From Gaiellaceae bacterium (GTDB lineage: Bacteria > Actinomycetota > Thermoleophilia > Gaiellales > Gaiellaceae), in NCBI GenBank assembly GCA_036723535.1, contig DAIMGZ010000001.1:1-55318 (forward strand): a stretch of 55,318 nt of DNA, in the 5' to 3' direction. Below are positions 18,877 through 28,517 of this stretch, one piece after another. The notes beneath the pieces are model-generated. The model saw only the letters and a program-made list of their open reading frames with translations, made no database searches and was not told where the DNA came from. The number at the start of each line of letters is the position of its first letter. Positions within the stretch are counted from its first letter, which is position 1. A program made the position numbers and the translations under genes.

Positions 18877-19701
18877 TTGCTCGCGCCGGGGCTGCTCTGG
18901 CTGACGATCTTCTTCGTCGTGCCGCTCGGGTTCCTCGCCTACCAGTCGCTGCAGTCCGGGAACATCGACTTCGGCTACGCCTTCACCTGGGCCTGGGGGA
19001 ACTACTGGGACGCCATCCGCGGCTACCGCCCGCAGTTCCTGCGCTCGCTCGAGTACGCGGGAATTGCGACGGCGATTGCCCTCGTGGTGAGCTACCCGGT
19101 GGCGTACTGGATCGCCTTTCGCGGCGGACGGTGGAAGAACCTGCTGCTGCTCTTCATCGTGGCGCCGTTCTTCGTCACCTACCTGATCCGGACGCTCGCC
19201 TGGCAGACGATCCTGGCCGACCACGGGTTCGTCGTCAGCACCCTCCAAAGCCTGCACGTCCTCGGCAGCGGCGGCAGGCTGCTCGCGACCGGTACGGCGG
19301 TAGTCGCAGGGATCACCTACAACTTCCTGCCCTTCATGGCGCTGCCGTTGTACGTCTCCCTCGAGCAGGTCGACCCGCGGCTGATCGAGGCTGCCGAGGA
19401 TCTCTATGCCAACAAGATCCGCGCCTTCCTGCGGGTGACGCTGCCTCTCTCGCTGCCGGGGGTGGTGGCGGGCACGCTGCTGACGTTCATCCCGGCGGCC
19501 GGCGACTTCATCAACGCGCAGCTGCTCGGGGGCCCCGACAACCACATGATCGGCAACGTGATCCAGTCGAAGTTCCTTGAGTTGGCCGACTACCCGGCGG
19601 CGGCCGGAATGTCCTTCATCCTCATGGCCGCGATCCTGGTGTTCGTGACCGTCTACGCGCGCTTCGTCGGCACCGAGCAGCTGACGGGGACACCGGCATG
19701 A
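18877..19701 (+). CDS. potB: Polyamine ABC transporter permease
   Basis: Six TM segments and the EAA-loop IEAAEDLYANKIRAFLRVTLPL. The conserved-looking N-terminal residues FHRHKGLTPYLL lie upstream of TTG 18877, so a non-canonical CTG start (18835) is possible. Confidence 0.85.
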   Translation: MLAPGLLWLTIFFVVPLGFLAYQSLQSGNIDFGYAFTWAWGNYWDAIRGYRPQFLRSLEYAGIATAIALVVSYPVAYWIAFRGGRWKNLLLLFIVAPFFVTYLIRTLAWQTILADHGFVVSTLQSLHVLGSGGRLLATGTAVVAGITYNFLPFMALPLYVSLEQVDPRLIEAAEDLYANKIRAFLRVTLPLSLPGVVAGTLLTFIPAAGDFINAQLLGGPDNHMIGNVIQSKFLELADYPAAAGMSFILMAAILVFVTVYARFVGTEQLTGTPA

Positions 19702-20546
19702 GCGCCGTCGCGGTCGAAGGTAGCCGTCCCGGGCGCAACGTCCTCGCCTTGGCCTGGGCGTTCGTGAAGCACCACGTCCTGACCGTTTACGCGTTCCTCT
19801 TCTTCGCCTACCTGTTGCTGCCGATCGTCGTGGTCGCGCTCTTCTCCTTCAACAATCCGATCGGGAAGTTCAACTACACGTGGCAGGGCTTCACCTGGAA
19901 CAACTGGCGCTACTGGAACGGCGTCCCCGGAATCCAGAACGCGATCGTCCTCTCGCTCGAGATCGCTCTGATCGCGAGCCTCGTTGCGACAGCACTGGGC
20001 ACGATGATCGCGCTGGCACTCGTCCGCTACAACTTCCGCACTCGTGCGGCGACGAACGTCCTGATCTTCCTTCCGCTCTCGACGCCGGAGATCGTCCTCG
20101 GCGCCTCGCTGCTGACCCTCTTCCTGCATTTCACGTTCGTCAGGTTCGGCTTCCAGACGATCCTGGTCGCCCACGTCATGTTCTGCATCAGCTTCGCCGT
20201 CGTCACGGTGAAAGCCCGCCTGATCGGGTTCGACCGTCACCTCGAGGAGGCGGCGATGGACCTCGGCGCGAACGAGTGGATGACGTTCCAGAAGGTGACG
20301 CTGCCGTTGATCACGCCCGCGATCCTGGCGGCCTTCCTCCTCTGCTTCGCCATCTCGATCGACGACTTCGTCGTGACGTACTTCAACGCCGGCTCGTCCG
20401 TCACCTTCCCGATCTTCGTGTGGGGCGCGGCGCGCATCGGCGCACCGGCTCAGGTCAACGTGATCGGGACCGCGATCTTCGTGATCGCCGTCTCGGGGAT
20501 GCTGGCCAACACGCTCATCCAGATGCGCCGCGCCAAGGGCGCTTGA
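19698..20546 (+). CDS. potC: Polyamine ABC transporter permease
   Basis: ATGA overlap with potB. EAA-loop LEEAAMDLGANEWMTFQKVTLPL. Confidence 0.88.
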   Translation: MSAVAVEGSRPGRNVLALAWAFVKHHVLTVYAFLFFAYLLLPIVVVALFSFNNPIGKFNYTWQGFTWNNWRYWNGVPGIQNAIVLSLEIALIASLVATALGTMIALALVRYNFRTRAATNVLIFLPLSTPEIVLGASLLTLFLHFTFVRFGFQTILVAHVMFCISFAVVTVKARLIGFDRHLEEAAMDLGANEWMTFQKVTLPLITPAILAAFLLCFAISIDDFVVTYFNAGSSVTFPIFVWGAARIGAPAQVNVIGTAIFVIAVSGMLANTLIQMRRAKGA

Positions 20547-21964
20547 GCCCCCCTTCGGTCGAGCCGAGGCTGCCCTCCTGGTGGCTGGAGGACGCGCTCG
20601 GGCGGGAGGGCGACCCGGCGCCGGCTCCCGCCCTGTCGGGCGATTCGACGGCCGACGTCGCGATCGTCGGGGGCGGCTACACGGGCCTCTGGACGGCGCT
20701 CGCGCTCCGCGAGCAGGCGCCGGGGCTGCGAATCGCGCTGCTCGAGGCCGAGATCTGCGGCCACGGGCCGAGCGGTCGCAACGGCGGCTTTCTGCACGGC
20801 TACTGGGCCGCGCTTGCTTCGACCCTCCCGGTGCTCGGCGAGGAACGGGCGCTCGAGCTCGCACGCGCGGGCGAGCGGATCATCCCTGGGATTCGCGCCT
20901 GGGCGGAGCAGCGCGGGGAGGACGTGTGGCTGCGCGAGGCGGGGATGCTCGAGGTGTCGGCGGCGCCGGCCCAGGACGGCTCCGCCGAGAAGGCGGTCGG
21001 CGCCGCGGCCCGGGTGGGCCGCCCGGACCAGGCGGTCGGTCTGACACCGGAGGAGGTGGCGCAGCGCGTCTCGTCGCCTGTCTTCCGGGGCGGCGTCTTC
21101 TATCCCGAATGCGCGACCGTCCATCCGGGGCTGCTCGTGCGGGCGCTGCGGCGGGCGGCGCTCGACGCCGGTGTGACTGTCCACGAGGGGACGCCGGTCA
21201 CGGCCGTGCGCGCCGGTGCGCCGAACGAGCTCGAGACGCCGCGCGGGATCCTCCGCGCGCCCGACGTCGTGCTGGCGACGAACGCCGCCCTGACGGGCTG
21301 GGCGCCGGCTTCGCGCAACCTGACGAACTTCGGCTCCTACGTCGTCCTGACGGAGCCGGCGCCGGAGCGGCTCGCGGAGATCGGCTGGATCGGCGGCGAG
21401 GCGATCGTCGACGGGCGGATGTTCCTCCACTACTTCCGCACGACGAACGACGGACGGGTTCTCATGGGCAGCGGCACCGGGCCGATCGGCTTCGGCGGGC
21501 GCATCGACGACCGCTTCTCGCACGACCTGCCGACGGCCGCCCGGGCCGAGGCCGGGCTGCGGCGGCTGCTGCCCGGGCTCGCCGGTGTTCGCGTCGAGCG
21601 CGCGTGGGGCGGCCCGATCGACGTCTCGGCCGACCACCTGCCCTTCTTCCGCACGAAGCCGGGGACGCGGATCCACTACGGGGCCGGCTACTCGGGTCAC
21701 GGCGTCGGCCCGAGCTGGCTCGGCGGCCGCATCCTTGCCTCGCTCGTGCTCGGTGCCGACGACGAATGGACGCGCCTGCCGCTCGCTACGCGTGCGGTGC
21801 CGCGCCTGCCGCGCGAGCCGTTCCGCCGGCTCGGCGGCGGGCTCGTCCGCTGGGCGATCATGACCTGCGAGGCAGCCGAGGAGGACGGACGGCGTCCACC
21901 GCTCGCTGCGCGTGCGGGTGCGGCGCTGCCTCGGTTGCTCGGGATGGAGCTCGGGACCCGCTAG
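20543..21964 (+). CDS. FAD-dependent oxidoreductase (DAO family; gamma-glutamylputrescine/amine oxidase-like)
   Basis: TTGA overlap with potC. Dinucleotide fold DVAIVGGGYTGLWTALAL and GRNGG motif. Confidence 0.8.
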   Translation: MSPPSVEPRLPSWWLEDALGREGDPAPAPALSGDSTADVAIVGGGYTGLWTALALREQAPGLRIALLEAEICGHGPSGRNGGFLHGYWAALASTLPVLGEERALELARAGERIIPGIRAWAEQRGEDVWLREAGMLEVSAAPAQDGSAEKAVGAAARVGRPDQAVGLTPEEVAQRVSSPVFRGGVFYPECATVHPGLLVRALRRAALDAGVTVHEGTPVTAVRAGAPNELETPRGILRAPDVVLATNAALTGWAPASRNLTNFGSYVVLTEPAPERLAEIGWIGGEAIVDGRMFLHYFRTTNDGRVLMGSGTGPIGFGGRIDDRFSHDLPTAARAEAGLRRLLPGLAGVRVERAWGGPIDVSADHLPFFRTKPGTRIHYGAGYSGHGVGPSWLGGRILASLVLGADDEWTRLPLATRAVPRLPREPFRRLGGGLVRWAIMTCEAAEEDGRRPPLAARAGAALPRLLGMELGTR

Positions 21965-22434
21965 GCGCTGGGGTGCGTCTCGCGGACGCCGGTGCCCGCA
22001 GCGACCGCCCGTGCGACGTCGAGCGTCGAGATAACCCCGATCGGCCGGCGGGAGAGCGGGTCGGTGACCGCGAGGTGCGCGATCCCGTGCTGCGCCATGA
22101 GCTCGGCGGCTTCGCCGAGCGGGCGGTCGGCCGCGACCGTCACGAACGGCGTAACTGCCGTTGTTCCCGCCGTGGTCGTGTCGAGGTCGAGCCGCGTCGC
22201 CGCGACGAGGTCGAGGTCGGAGATGACGCCCCAGAGGCCGGCAGCCTCCTCGTCGCCGTCCTGGTGCCCGAAGACGAAGATCGCGTGGACGCCGAACGTC
22301 GCCATCATCCGCGCCGCGACTCGCAGCGGCGTCTCGGGTGGGCAGCTGATGATGCCGCGGCTCATGGAGTCGCCGACGAGCGCGGCGTCGAACGGAACCG
22401 GCACCGCCTGTGGGCGATGTGTCGTGTCGACCAT
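21961..22434 (-). CDS. CBS-domain pair protein
   Basis: Internal ATG 22434. Two CBS-like repeats (...GVHAIFVFG..., ...HGIAHLAVTD...GVISTLDVARA). Its stop shares the palindromic CTAG with the convergent oxidase stop. Confidence 0.7.
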   Translation of the reverse strand: MVDTTHRPQAVPVPFDAALVGDSMSRGIISCPPETPLRVAARMMATFGVHAIFVFGHQDGDEEAAGLWGVISDLDLVAATRLDLDTTTAGTTAVTPFVTVAADRPLGEAAELMAQHGIAHLAVTDPLSRRPIGVISTLDVARAVAAGTGVRETHPSA

Positions 22435-22513
22435 GAGCGGATGGTGCCCGCCTCCGCGCGGGGCGGCATCCGCACGAACTACGGAGGAGCAGGGGTGGAG
22501 TACGCTCGGCGCG

Positions 22514-23371
22514 GTGGCGATCACGGTATGCGACGTCGGGCCGCGGGACGGCCTGCAGAACGAGCCGGAGGTGCTGCCGGCCGCGACCCGGGCGGAGCTC
22601 GTCGAGCGGCTCTCGGCGACGGGGCTGCCGCGAATCGAGGCCGTGAGCTTCGTCCGGGCCGACCGCGTGCCGCAGATGGCCGACGCGGAGGAAGTCGTCG
22701 CGGGGGTGACCCGGCGCGAGGGCGTCGAGCTGTCCGGCCTCGTCCTCAACGAGCGCGGCTGGGAGCGCTTCGCCGCCGCCGGGCTCGACCGCGTCAACGT
22801 GACGTTCGCGGCGACGGAGACCTTCAACCTCCGGAACGGGAACGCGACGCTCGCCGAGGCGGTCGAGCGCGCGGACGCGATCCTGGCCGCGGCGGGCGAG
22901 ACGCCGGCGACCGTGACGATCTCGTGCTCCTTCGGCTGTCCGTTCGAGGGGCGCGTGGATCCGGGCGTCGTCGCGGCGCTCGCCGCGCCCTTCGCCGGGC
23001 GCGCCGAGGTCGTCCTCGCCGACACGATCGGCGTCGCTACGCCGTCCGCGGTTCGCTCGCTCGTCGAGCGGGCGCGTGCGAACGGCTTCCACGGGCACAA
23101 CACGCGCAACACCGGCTACGCGAACTGCCTCGCCGCGCTCGAGGCGGGCGCGCGCGTTCTCGACGCCTCGGTCGGCGGCACCGGCGGCTGCCCGTTCTCG
23201 CCGCGCGCCACGGGCAACGTCGCGACGGAGGATCTCGTCTACCTGCTCGAGGGCGAGGGCGTGGACACGGGCGTCGACCTCGACGCGCTCGTCGGCGTCG
23301 CGCAGTGGCTCGAGGGGGTGCTCGGCCGCACGCTCGAGGGCTACGTTCATCGAGCCACACCGTGGCCGTGA
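22514..23371 (+). CDS. Hydroxymethylglutaryl-CoA lyase family (HMGL-like) protein
   Basis: VGPRDGLQNE, EAVSFV, ADTIGVATP, HGHNTRNTGYANCLAALEAGARVLDASVGGTGGCPF motifs. GTG 22514 chosen so the product begins VAITVCDVGPRDGLQ. Confidence 0.85.
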   Translation: MAITVCDVGPRDGLQNEPEVLPAATRAELVERLSATGLPRIEAVSFVRADRVPQMADAEEVVAGVTRREGVELSGLVLNERGWERFAAAGLDRVNVTFAATETFNLRNGNATLAEAVERADAILAAAGETPATVTISCSFGCPFEGRVDPGVVAALAAPFAGRAEVVLADTIGVATPSAVRSLVERARANGFHGHNTRNTGYANCLAALEAGARVLDASVGGTGGCPFSPRATGNVATEDLVYLLEGEGVDTGVDLDALVGVAQWLEGVLGRTLEGYVHRATPWP

Positions 23372-24258
23372 GGCGGATCCCCTGGGAGATTTCGGCGCTG
23401 CTGGTGCTGCTGGTGCTCGACGGCGTGGCGGTCATCGCGACGTACTCGCGCTTCCCGGCGACGGAGCTCTACAACGTCCACCACAGTGGGATCGCGGCCG
23501 GCTTCGGCCGGGAGCTCGTCGCGCTCAACTTCCCGTTCGCCCTGATCGGGATCGCCCTCGTCGGGCTCGCCTGGCCGCGACTGGGACGGCTGCGGCCTCT
23601 CGGCATGCTCGCGATCGCGCTCTGTGCGGTCGTCTACTTCGCGGTCGACCAGGCGAACCTCGACGCGAAGCCGCTCAATGCGGTGCCGGCCCTCGGTCTC
23701 GCGGTCGCGGTGGCGCTCGTGCTCGCGGTCGGCGTCTCGCCCGCGCCGACGAGAGTGCGCGGTGACCGAGTACGGATCGTGCTCGCCGCGCTGCTCGTCT
23801 TCTTCGCGGTGCCGCTGATCGCGGCCGAGCTGGGCTTCTTCCTCGATCGCGTGCCGCTACTCGGCTGGCTCTTCGAGACCGGCAGGCTCGCGAGCCAGCC
23901 CGGCGTGCCGGGGCTGCACCACGCCGTCCACCACGGCCAGCACCACGGCTGGGAAGCGACGATGCTGGCGCTGAGCGCACTCGGCCTCTCGCGCTTGCCG
24001 CGCCCCCGGCTGCTCGACGCGTACCTCGCGCTCATGCTCGCCTACGGCGTCGGCAACCTCGTCAACGACGACTGGCTGGAGCAGGTGGTCAAGCGCGGCT
24101 GGACGAATTACCAGCTGCCGAGCGTCCTCGTGCCCACCGCGAACTGGGGCTGGGCGGCGGTGCTCGCCGGCGCGGTTGCCGTTTGGCTGGTCTGGTTCCG
24201 TCAGCCGAGCCGGACGACGCCGGCCCCGGCGAGCTCCGCGATCTCGTCCTCGGCGTAG
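23368..24258 (+). CDS. Polytopic membrane protein, unknown function, with a His-rich loop
   Basis: GTGA overlap with the lyase stop. About 8 hydrophobic segments. Loop [14 protein letters not shown]. Confidence 0.6.
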   Translation: MRRIPWEISALLVLLVLDGVAVIATYSRFPATELYNVHHSGIAAGFGRELVALNFPFALIGIALVGLAWPRLGRLRPLGMLAIALCAVVYFAVDQANLDAKPLNAVPALGLAVAVALVLAVGVSPAPTRVRGDRVRIVLAALLVFFAVPLIAAELGFFLDRVPLLGWLFETGRLASQPGVPGLHHAVHHGQHHGWEATMLALSALGLSRLPRPRLLDAYLALMLAYGVGNLVNDDWLEQVVKRGWTNYQLPSVLVPTANWGWAAVLAGAVAVWLVWFRQPSRTTPAPASSAISSSA

Positions 24259-25400
24259 CCGAGCTCGCGGAGGATCTCGGCGCTGTGCGCGCCGAGCGCG
24301 GGAGGCGGCGCGTGATGCCGCACCCGCTCGCCGTCGGCCGAGAGCGGCGCCGCCACGGTGACGAGGTCGGCGACCGCGCCGCCCGGCAGCGACTGCAGCA
24401 TCCCGAGCGCCTCTGTCTGCGGATGCCGCGCCGCCTCGCCGACGTCGTGCACGGGTGACACCGGCACGCCCGCTTCGACGAGCTTCTCCAGCAGTTCGGC
24501 CGACTCCCTCTCCCTCGTCCGTTCCTCGAGCAATGCGAGCAGCTCCGGCCGGTTCGCGACCCGGTCGGGATTCGTGAGGAAGCGCGGATCGTCCACGAGC
24601 TCCGGCACGCCGAGGACGTCGCACAGCGCCGCGAAGAGCTTGTCGTTGCCGGCGACGATCATGAGGTCTCCGTCCTGGGTCGGAAACACTTGGTACGGCG
24701 CGATCTGCGAGAACGCGCTCCCCTCACGGCCTGGCACGACGCCGGTGCCGAGGTAGCCGACGAGCTGGTACGAGAGCTGCGAGAGCGCGGTCTCGTAGAG
24801 GGAGACCTCGAGCATGCGGCCGACGCCGGTGCGTTCGCGCTCGTACAGCGCGGCGAGCACGCCGAGCGCCGCCCAGATGCCGGTGCCGAGGTCGATCAGA
24901 GACACGCCCACGCGCACCGGCGGCCGGTCGTCCTCGCCGGTGACGCTCATTATCCCCGACGCGGCCTGCAGGAGCGGGTCGTAGCCGGGCTGGCTGCTCA
25001 GCGGACCGTGCGCTCCGAACGCTCCGATCGAGCAGTAGACCAGCCGAGGGTTGCGCTCGCGGAGCGCCGTCGCGCCGAGGCTGTGCCGCTCGGCGGCTCC
25101 CGGCCGGAGGCTCTGGAGGAACACGTCGGCGCCGTCGACGAGGCGCAGCACGATCTCGCGGCCGCGGTCGTCTCCGAGGTCGACGGCGAGCGAGCGCTTG
25201 CCCGCGTTCGAGGCGAGGAACATCGCGCCTTCGCCTTGGAGGAACGGCGGCCCCCAGGCGCGGGCGTGGTCGCCGGCGAGCGGCTCCACCTTGACCACGT
25301 CGGCGCCGAGCGCCGCGAGCAGCTGCGTCGCCGTCGGGCCGGCGATGGAGGAGGTGACGTCGACGACGCGTACGCCGGTGAACGGGCGGAGCTCCGTCAT
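24201..25400 (-). CDS. Family III CoA-transferase (CaiB/BaiF type)
   Basis: Internal ATG 25400. [32 protein letters not shown], catalytic-Asp region SLIDLGTG, and [12 protein letters not shown]. Confidence 0.88.
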   Translation of the reverse strand: MTELRPFTGVRVVDVTSSIAGPTATQLLAALGADVVKVEPLAGDHARAWGPPFLQGEGAMFLASNAGKRSLAVDLGDDRGREIVLRLVDGADVFLQSLRPGAAERHSLGATALRERNPRLVYCSIGAFGAHGPLSSQPGYDPLLQAASGIMSVTGEDDRPPVRVGVSLIDLGTGIWAALGVLAALYERERTGVGRMLEVSLYETALSQLSYQLVGYLGTGVVPGREGSAFSQIAPYQVFPTQDGDLMIVAGNDKLFAALCDVLGVPELVDDPRFLTNPDRVANRPELLALLEERTRERESAELLEKLVEAGVPVSPVHDVGEAARHPQTEALGMLQSLPGGAVADLVTVAAPLSADGERVRHHAPPPALGAHSAEILRELGYAEDEIAELAGAGVVRLG

Positions 25401-25909
25401 CGCTCGATCGAGTAGAGTCGGGTGGGCTTGCCTCTGACCTCCACGTCCCGCTCGTATCGCTCGCCGAGCCTCTCTGCAACACGGGCAGACCGCAGGTTTT
25501 CGTGCTGGATCAGCGAGATGAGGCGGGTCAGGTCCCGCTCGTCGAGGGCCCAGTCGCGGAGCGCGAGCGCAGCCTCGGTCGCGTAGCCGTGGCTCCAGTG
25601 CTCGCGCGCGAGCAGCCAGCCGAGCTCCGTCTCGTTGCCGCCGATCTGCCACGTCTCGGGATCCCAGCGGAGGAAGCCGGCGCGTCCGAGGACGCGACCA
25701 TCTGCATGCCGCTCGAGCGAGAACAAGCTCATGCCCCAGCTCTCCCAGCGTTCCAGCCACTCATCGATGCCCGCCTCGACCTCGGTGAGCGTCGCCGTGC
25801 TGCCGTCGCCCATGAACCGGACGACCTCGGGATCGGCGTAGGCGACAGCCAGGTCCACGGCGTCCTCCCGACGTGGCCTCCGGAGGATCAGCCGCTCGGT
25901 CGTGATCAC
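25397..25909 (-). CDS. GNAT N-acetyltransferase (RimJ/RimL-like)
   Basis: GTG 25909 overlaps the upstream stop (GTGA). [14 protein letters not shown]..., [27 protein letters not shown]..., [13 protein letters not shown]. Confidence 0.8.
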   Translation of the reverse strand: MITTERLILRRPRREDAVDLAVAYADPEVVRFMGDGSTATLTEVEAGIDEWLERWESWGMSLFSLERHADGRVLGRAGFLRWDPETWQIGGNETELGWLLAREHWSHGYATEAALALRDWALDERDLTRLISLIQHENLRSARVAERLGERYERDVEVRGKPTRLYSIER

Positions 25910-26442
25910 CGTGGGTGCTCCCAGACGACGTGCGGGCCGTTGTCGAACAGCTCGATCGTCTCGCCGGGTGTTGCGCCCAGTCGCTGAGCGACGCGCTGCG
26001 AGCGGACGTTCGCCGCCTCGATCAAGGAGATGAGTCGCCCGAAGCCTCGCTCGGCATAGGCCCATCCGCGCACCGCGAGCACCGCCTCGGCCGCATAGCC
26101 GTTGCCCCAGTGCTCGCGCGCAAGCGCCCAGCCAAGCTCGGGCTGCGCGTACTCGCCCGCGCTCGCGAACGTCGTGTGCGTCCACGTCCGCACGTCCCAC
26201 ACGAGCACGCCGGTGCGGCCGAGCCAGCGGCCGTCCTCGCGCCGGACGATGGAGAAGGGCCCGCAGTCGTTGTCGTCCCACCGTTCCAGCCAGCGGCGCA
26301 CGACGAACTCCGGGTCGGACGCCGCATTCGGATGGACGCCGCCGATGAACTCCATCGCGACCGGGTCCGTGATGAGGGCGAGCGCAGGTTCCGCGTCCTC
26401 GAGCACCGGCAGCCGCAGCAGAAGCCGTTCCGTCTCGATCAC
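25906..26442 (-). CDS. GNAT N-acetyltransferase (RimJ/RimL-like), tandem paralog
   Basis: GTG 26442 overlaps the MaoC stop (GTGA). TERLLLRLPVLEDA..., ELGWALAREHWGNGYAAEAVLAVRGWA..., ANVRSQRVAQRLG. Confidence 0.8.
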   Translation of the reverse strand: MIETERLLLRLPVLEDAEPALALITDPVAMEFIGGVHPNAASDPEFVVRRWLERWDDNDCGPFSIVRREDGRWLGRTGVLVWDVRTWTHTTFASAGEYAQPELGWALAREHWGNGYAAEAVLAVRGWAYAERGFGRLISLIEAANVRSQRVAQRLGATPGETIELFDNGPHVVWEHPR

Positions 26443-26885
26443 AGCGGCAACATGATCGAGCGCTCGAACTCGATCACCGCCTCGTCGCGCTGGTTGAGCC
26501 CGCGCGTGCGGACGGTGACGATGCCGAAGCCGGGGCGCGAGCGCGACTCGCGCTTGGCGAGCACCTCCGTCTCGGCGTGGATCGTGTCGCCCGCGAAGAC
26601 CGGCGCCGGCAGGCGCACCTCGCGCCAGCCGAGGTTGATGCCGCGCTCGGACACGTCCGCGACGGACAAGCCGGTCACGAGCGCCAGCGTGAAGGTCGAG
26701 TCGACGAGCGGCCGCTCCCACTCGGTCGTCGCCGCGTACTCGGCGTCGAAGTGGATCGGGTTCGTGTTCAGCGTGAGCAGCGTGAACCAGACGTTGTCGG
26801 CCTCCAGTACGGTGCGCCCGAAGCGGCTTCGGTAGACGGCCCCGACCTCCAGCTCCTCGTACGTGCGACTCACTCCCGAGATCAT
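26439..26885 (-). CDS. MaoC-like (R)-specific enoyl-CoA hydratase / hot-dog dehydratase
   Basis: NPIHFDAEYA motif and the hot-dog pattern ...PVFAGDTIHAETEVLAKRESRSRPGFGIVTVRT.... Confidence 0.82.
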   Translation of the reverse strand: MISGVSRTYEELEVGAVYRSRFGRTVLEADNVWFTLLTLNTNPIHFDAEYAATTEWERPLVDSTFTLALVTGLSVADVSERGINLGWREVRLPAPVFAGDTIHAETEVLAKRESRSRPGFGIVTVRTRGLNQRDEAVIEFERSIMLPL

Positions 26886-27714
26886 CGCAGCGATGCACGA
26901 GCTCGCCCTCGAGCAGCGGCGCGAGCTCGGAGTGCGCGCTCCCTGGCACGTCGGCGACGTCACCTGGGGGCTCCGCCAGCACGAAGGGCGGGAGGACGAG
27001 TGGAAGATCCGGATCTGGAAGGACGGCGACTGCACCCTCGCCTGGTCGTGGCTGAAGGGAGACCGCGCGCTGCTCGAGTTCGACGTCCGGCGCGACCGGC
27101 TCGATCTCCTGGACGAGATCCTCGCCGACCCGGACGCGCGGACGACGGTCGCCTTCGAGGGCGACGAGGAGGTCCGCGCCGCGCTCGAGCGCAACGGCTT
27201 CACCCGACCCGGCGAGACGAACGTGAACCGTCAGGGCCCGCTCATGCACTTCCTCGCGCGCGATCTGCCGGAGGCGCCCGAGCCGCCGCCGCTGCCTGCG
27301 GGCTTCCGCTGCCGAACGGTCGAGCCGGACGACCTCGCGGAGCGCGTGGCGATCCACCGAGACGTCTGGGCGCCGTCGCGCCTCACCGAGTCGAGCTTCG
27401 CGAGCGTCCAGGCCTCTTGGCCCTACCGCGCGTCCCTCGACTGCGTCGTGGAAGCGCCCGACGGCCGCTTCGCCGCCTACTGCCTGATCTGGCCGGACGA
27501 CGAGAACCGGGTCGGCGAGCTCGAGCCGGTCGGCGTGCGGGAGGAGTTCCGCCGCCGCGGCCTCGGGGCGGCTGTCTGCACGTTCGCGCTTCGCCGCCTG
27601 CACGAGGAGGGCGGCCGGCAGGCGATCGTCTACTGCGTCACCGACGCGGCGTGCGGGCTGTACGAGTCGATCGGCTTCCGCCGCCACGCGACGCTCGTCG
27701 GCTACTCGCGCTGA
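26863..27714 (+). CDS. Two-domain GNAT acetyltransferase (MshD-like architecture)
   Basis: C-terminal acetyl-CoA motif VGVREEFRRRGLGAAV. The N-terminal half is a degenerate GNAT-like fold. Start could be ATG 26893. Confidence 0.7.
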   Translation: MRLTPEIIAAMHELALEQRRELGVRAPWHVGDVTWGLRQHEGREDEWKIRIWKDGDCTLAWSWLKGDRALLEFDVRRDRLDLLDEILADPDARTTVAFEGDEEVRAALERNGFTRPGETNVNRQGPLMHFLARDLPEAPEPPPLPAGFRCRTVEPDDLAERVAIHRDVWAPSRLTESSFASVQASWPYRASLDCVVEAPDGRFAAYCLIWPDDENRVGELEPVGVREEFRRRGLGAAVCTFALRRLHEEGGRQAIVYCVTDAACGLYESIGFRRHATLVGYSR

Positions 27715-27726
27715 AGGCCAGAGCTC

Positions 27727-27921
27727 TCAAAAGAAGACGACCTTCACGAGCAGCACGATCGCCACGACCACCACGACGAACATCAGCAGCACGCCGAACC
27801 CGATCGCCGCGCCGCCGAAGGCGAGCTTCGTGGGAACCTTCGGCGTGCCGCCCTCGTCGAACGCCGACTCGAGCTGACGCTCGACATAGGCCGTGATGCG
27901 GTCCTCGAACCGCGCCGCCAT
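27727..27921 (-). CDS. 64-aa tail-anchored membrane protein
   Basis: AGGAGG just upstream of ATG 27921. MAARFEDRITAYVERQLESAFDEGG... then the C-terminal TM GGAAIGFGVLLMFVVVVVAIVLLVKVVFF. Confidence 0.5.
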   Translation of the reverse strand: MAARFEDRITAYVERQLESAFDEGGTPKVPTKLAFGGAAIGFGVLLMFVVVVVAIVLLVKVVFF

Positions 27922-27989
27922 GTCCTCCTGCCGCGACTTCGGAGCCTGCGTCTTCAGCTGACGCGGGGACGCGGCACGACCGTCGATCG

Positions 27990-28094
27990 ACACGCGCGCT
28001 GCTCGGCAATCAGCTCCCCGAGGGCGTCGCCGTGCACGACCTGGGCGAGCAGCACCTCAAGGACATCCAGCACGAGCACATCTACGAGCTCGTC
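27990..28094 (+). pseudogene. Inverted fragment encoding the C-terminal end of a class III nucleotidyl cyclase catalytic domain
   Basis: The + strand reads TRALLGNQLPEGVAVHDLGEQHLKDIQHEHIYELV. This is the expected continuation of the minus-strand fragment ending ...GGQILVSET. No start codon. Confidence 0.6.
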
Positions 28095-28498
28095 TCCGAG
28101 ACGAGGATCTGCCCGCCGTGACCGGCGGCGGAGATGCGCGCGGCGCGCACGACGTCGAGGCCGAGGTAGCCCTCCTCGCCCATGTGCGGCTCGCCTGTGT
28201 GCAGCCCCATGCGCACCAGCACCTCGTGCCCGTCCGGCCACTCGTGATCGCGGAGGGCACGCTGCGCGTCGACCGCAGCAGCGACCGCGTCGCGCGCCCG
28301 CGGGAACGAGAAGAAGAACGCGTCGCCCTGCGTGTCGATCTCGGTGCCGCCCCGCCCGCCGAAGGTTTCGCGTACGAGGTGCCGGTGATCGCCGGAGACG
28401 CGCCCATAGCGCTCGTCGCCGAGCTCCTGCAGGAGTCGCGTAGAGCCTTCGATGTCGGTGAAGACGAACGTGACGGTGCCGCCGGGCAGCTGGGCCAT
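28082..28498 (-). pseudogene. Class III adenylate/guanylate cyclase catalytic domain, truncated after ...GGQILVSET
   Basis: [59 protein letters not shown] motifs. The ORF stops 2 codons after the breakpoint. Confidence 0.7.
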
Positions 28499-28517
28499 GG
28501 GCGCCTACGCTACCCCG

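Noticed and set aside
20450-24258. Very long ORFs such as 20450..23350(-) (966 aa), 20581..24258(+) (1225 aa), 44..1129(-), 36313..38673(-) upstream part, 40221..41897(-) upstream part and 44744..46294(-).
   Set aside because: They are Arg/Ala/Pro/Gly-rich and low-complexity, and they lie antisense or out of frame to genes with clear family motifs. These are typical shadow ORFs of a 70% GC genome. Only their terminal segments with real motifs were kept, as separate CDSs.
27727-28498. The idea that re-inverting the cyclase segment recreates a cyclase fused to the downstream tail-anchored protein.
   Set aside because: Frame bookkeeping rules it out. The cyclase frame and the 27727..27921 ORF are in different minus-strand frames, and an inversion preserves length. 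The restored frame runs into Arg-rich junk overlapping the neighbouring GNAT gene.
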